A DNA stretch of 64,000 bases from Balanoglossus misakiensis. Taxonomy: Eukaryota > Animalia > Hemichordata. Position 1 is the stretch's first letter. Every line of letters begins with the position of its first letter. A program made the position numbers and the translations under genes. The notes beneath the pieces were generated by a model. That model saw only the letters and a list, made by a program, of their open reading frames with translations. It made no database searches and was not told where the DNA came from. Where the stretch lies: positions 11,730,894 to 11,794,893 of the forward strand of contig CM082589.2 of assembly GCA_040954595.2 (NCBI GenBank), read 5' to 3'. This document shows positions 61,901-64,000 of the stretch, one piece after another.

Positions 61901-64000
61901 GAAATTTCATACATCATCAGATGTCCAAATATGAAAAAATGATTTAGATTTTAGATGATTGTCCAAAATTAGCTGATATCTAATAAATGTAGTATTGAAC
62001 CGTTCTGTCCCCCCCCCCCCTACATTATATGCGGTACGCCGATGTCAGCTTACCCGGCAGTACTGCAGGCCGTGCCCCCAACTAACGTCGGTGTTTGAAA
62101 CGCCCTGGTTAAATTCGGGCTTTCTCTATAAATTGACAGGCAATAATGCAGTCCTACCCGAACAAATGTCGAGTGTTGACCCGCTGTGACTTTCCCTCTT
62201 CGGTTTGCCCGACTTAGCCAACGTCTTTGTACTAGAGTGTCGGGTCTTTTGCAGAGCCAGGCCGAAGGAAATCCGACTTGATCACCGTTGCTAACGAACG
62301 CTAGTGTCTGTCATGGTGTGCCGGGGTTTTAGTCGAGCAAGGCCGTAGGAGATCTGACTTGATCATCGTGGTCAATGTACGCGAGATTCCGCTCTTATTT
62401 AAAGTGCCGGGGCTTCAGCTAAACCAGGCCGTAGGAAATCCAACGTAATCACCGTTGATAACTTACGCCAGTCTGTGTCATATAGAGCCGGTGCACCAGC
62501 CGAGTCACGCCGTAGGAAATCTGACTTGATCAACGTGGTCAATGTACGCCTGTTTCTGCTCTTGAGTGCCGGGGCTTCAGCTGAGCCAGGCCGTAGGAAA
62601 CCCGACGTGAGTACCGATGTTAACTTACGCCAGCCTGTGTCCTATATATAGTGCCGGGGCATCAGCCGTGCCAGGCCGAAGGAAATGTGAGTAGATCAAC
62701 GTGGTCTCTGTACGCGTGTTTCTGCTCTAGAGTGCCGGGGCTTTATCCAAGCCATGCCGTAGAAAATCTGACTTGATCACCGTTGCTAACGTACGCTAGT
62801 GTCTGTCATATTGTGACGGAGATTTAGCCGAGCCAGGCCGTAGAAAAATCGACTTGTTCAACGTTACCAGTGTGCAACTGTTTCTGCTCTAGAGTGTCAG
62901 GGTTTTAGCCGACTTATGCTGTAGGAAATCTGAGTTGATGAACGGGAATTCAATGTTAGAAAACCCGTGTGGAAAGTATCTCTACCCGTTTGAAACTAAG
63001 AAAAGAATTTATTCTTATTTATTTTGTAAAAAAGACAATTTTTCGAAAAAAAGTCGAAAATGGTAATTTTGTCTTGGGTGATTTAAATTATACCGCCTTT
63101 TCTGGAATTTGCAGCACATTTTACAAGAGAACGACACTTCATGCTCCATAATATTTCCGAAAAAATCAAAATATGGCCAAAATGGCTATTTTTTCTTGAA
63201 TTCCGTCACTATCTCTGCATTTTTGGAGTGGTCGAAAGTTTTAACATATAATCAACATGTCATATATGATCAGGGCACCAAATTCGAAGAACAAAGGTTT
63301 TTTTATTTTTTTTTCTAAAAATGACATTTTCAAGGAAAATTTGGTAAAACGCAATTTTGTCTGCAGTGAGCCAAATTTGCCGTTTATTGTGGAATTTGTA
63401 TCGATATATATATACGAAGAGCATTCGATACTCCATCAGAATTCCGAACATGTAGAAAACAGGTATTTTTGTAATTTTCAAAAATTTACCATTTTGACCA
63501 AATTGTGGCTAAAATTGTTATTTTCGTGTTGAATGCCGCCTGTGTCACTGCTTTTAAAAGTCATAACCAGATATTAACTGAATATGCTCACGTGCAGTAC
63601 TGTGATTGGTTGACAGAATAACAAGATTAGAAAAACCAGTTTTAAACCATTTTGGTTTATAGTGTATATGGTGTAAGGGTTGTGTGTTGCACCATTGTGG
63701 AATGTTTGTGGAATTGTTGCCTTGTCAATTTTTGTAAGGGGTTAGGGACGATGTCAAATAACAAAAAATAAGTTTAGCTTGAAACCCCTGCACTCCCCCT
63801 TGTAACCTAATTGTTGAATACTGATCAGTGCCTCTTATTATTTCATTATTGTGACAACTCCATATTTAAACCATAACCAGGATAGAAAAGTACACTATCA
63901 CACATATTGATATTTCGACAATATTTGAATGAAAACATTTCTTTTCAATTCTGAGTTTACATCAGGTCTTGATTTCTGTTCATGCCTAAGAACCTCTTTA

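Larger units (their letters stand above)
6541..63566 (+). repeat. Complex macrosatellite array, about 17 head-to-tail units of 1.3-2.7 kb (constant ~1.2-kb part + n x 81-bp subunits), interrupted by four insertions
   Basis: The junction GAGTTGATGAACGGGAATTCAATG recurs at ~7951, 9690, 11579, 12902, 14945, 16994, 24853, 27230, 38982, 41033, 53095, 55810, 57684, 59728, 61044 and 62940. After removing insertions most spacings differ by about multiples of 81. Units are highly similar. Confidence 0.97.

Noticed and set aside
7980-63532. Recurring short ORFs (MESISTRLK..., MSKYGQNG..., MMNGNSML..., MNRSV...) as a tandem gene family
   Set aside because: They mostly use non-ATG starts, lie in AT-rich satellite, and shift frame between copies through homopolymer length changes.
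6541-63566. CRISPR-like array
   Set aside because: There are no unique spacers, whole units repeat, there are no cas genes, and the context is eukaryotic.

Overview
Eukaryotic (animal, probably invertebrate) repeat-rich DNA; no prokaryotic features. Bases 1-6540 are a stack of transposon pieces: the 5' end of a probable Kolobok DNA transposon carrying an intron-containing minus-strand gene (5 exons visible), two tandem Helentron-like non-autonomous elements, a decayed 3' end of an L1/Tx1-type LINE, and one end of an Academ-like TIR element. Bases 6541-63566 hold a complete macrosatellite array of about 17 units (1.3-2.7 kb each). Each unit is a ~1.2-kb constant part (three old ~325-335-bp AT-rich copies, a poly-C tract and a unique spacer) plus a variable number of alternating 81-bp GC-richer subunits. 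Four elements interrupt the array, all within the 81-bp domain: a BEL/Pao LTR element with unusual TA...CA ends (18361-24246), a frameshifted minus-strand Gypsy (28826-36596), a 1.4-kb TIR element (37415-38852), and a young intact Gypsy with PNMA-like Gag and one 2099-aa ORF (43078-52940). The most interesting hypothesis, not proven: a nucleosome-scaled (81/162/~324 bp), possibly centromere-like satellite is colonised by retrotransposons whose integrase tails carry a peptide resembling the CENP-C and foamy-virus nucleosome-binding motifs. All counts and alignments were made by eye.
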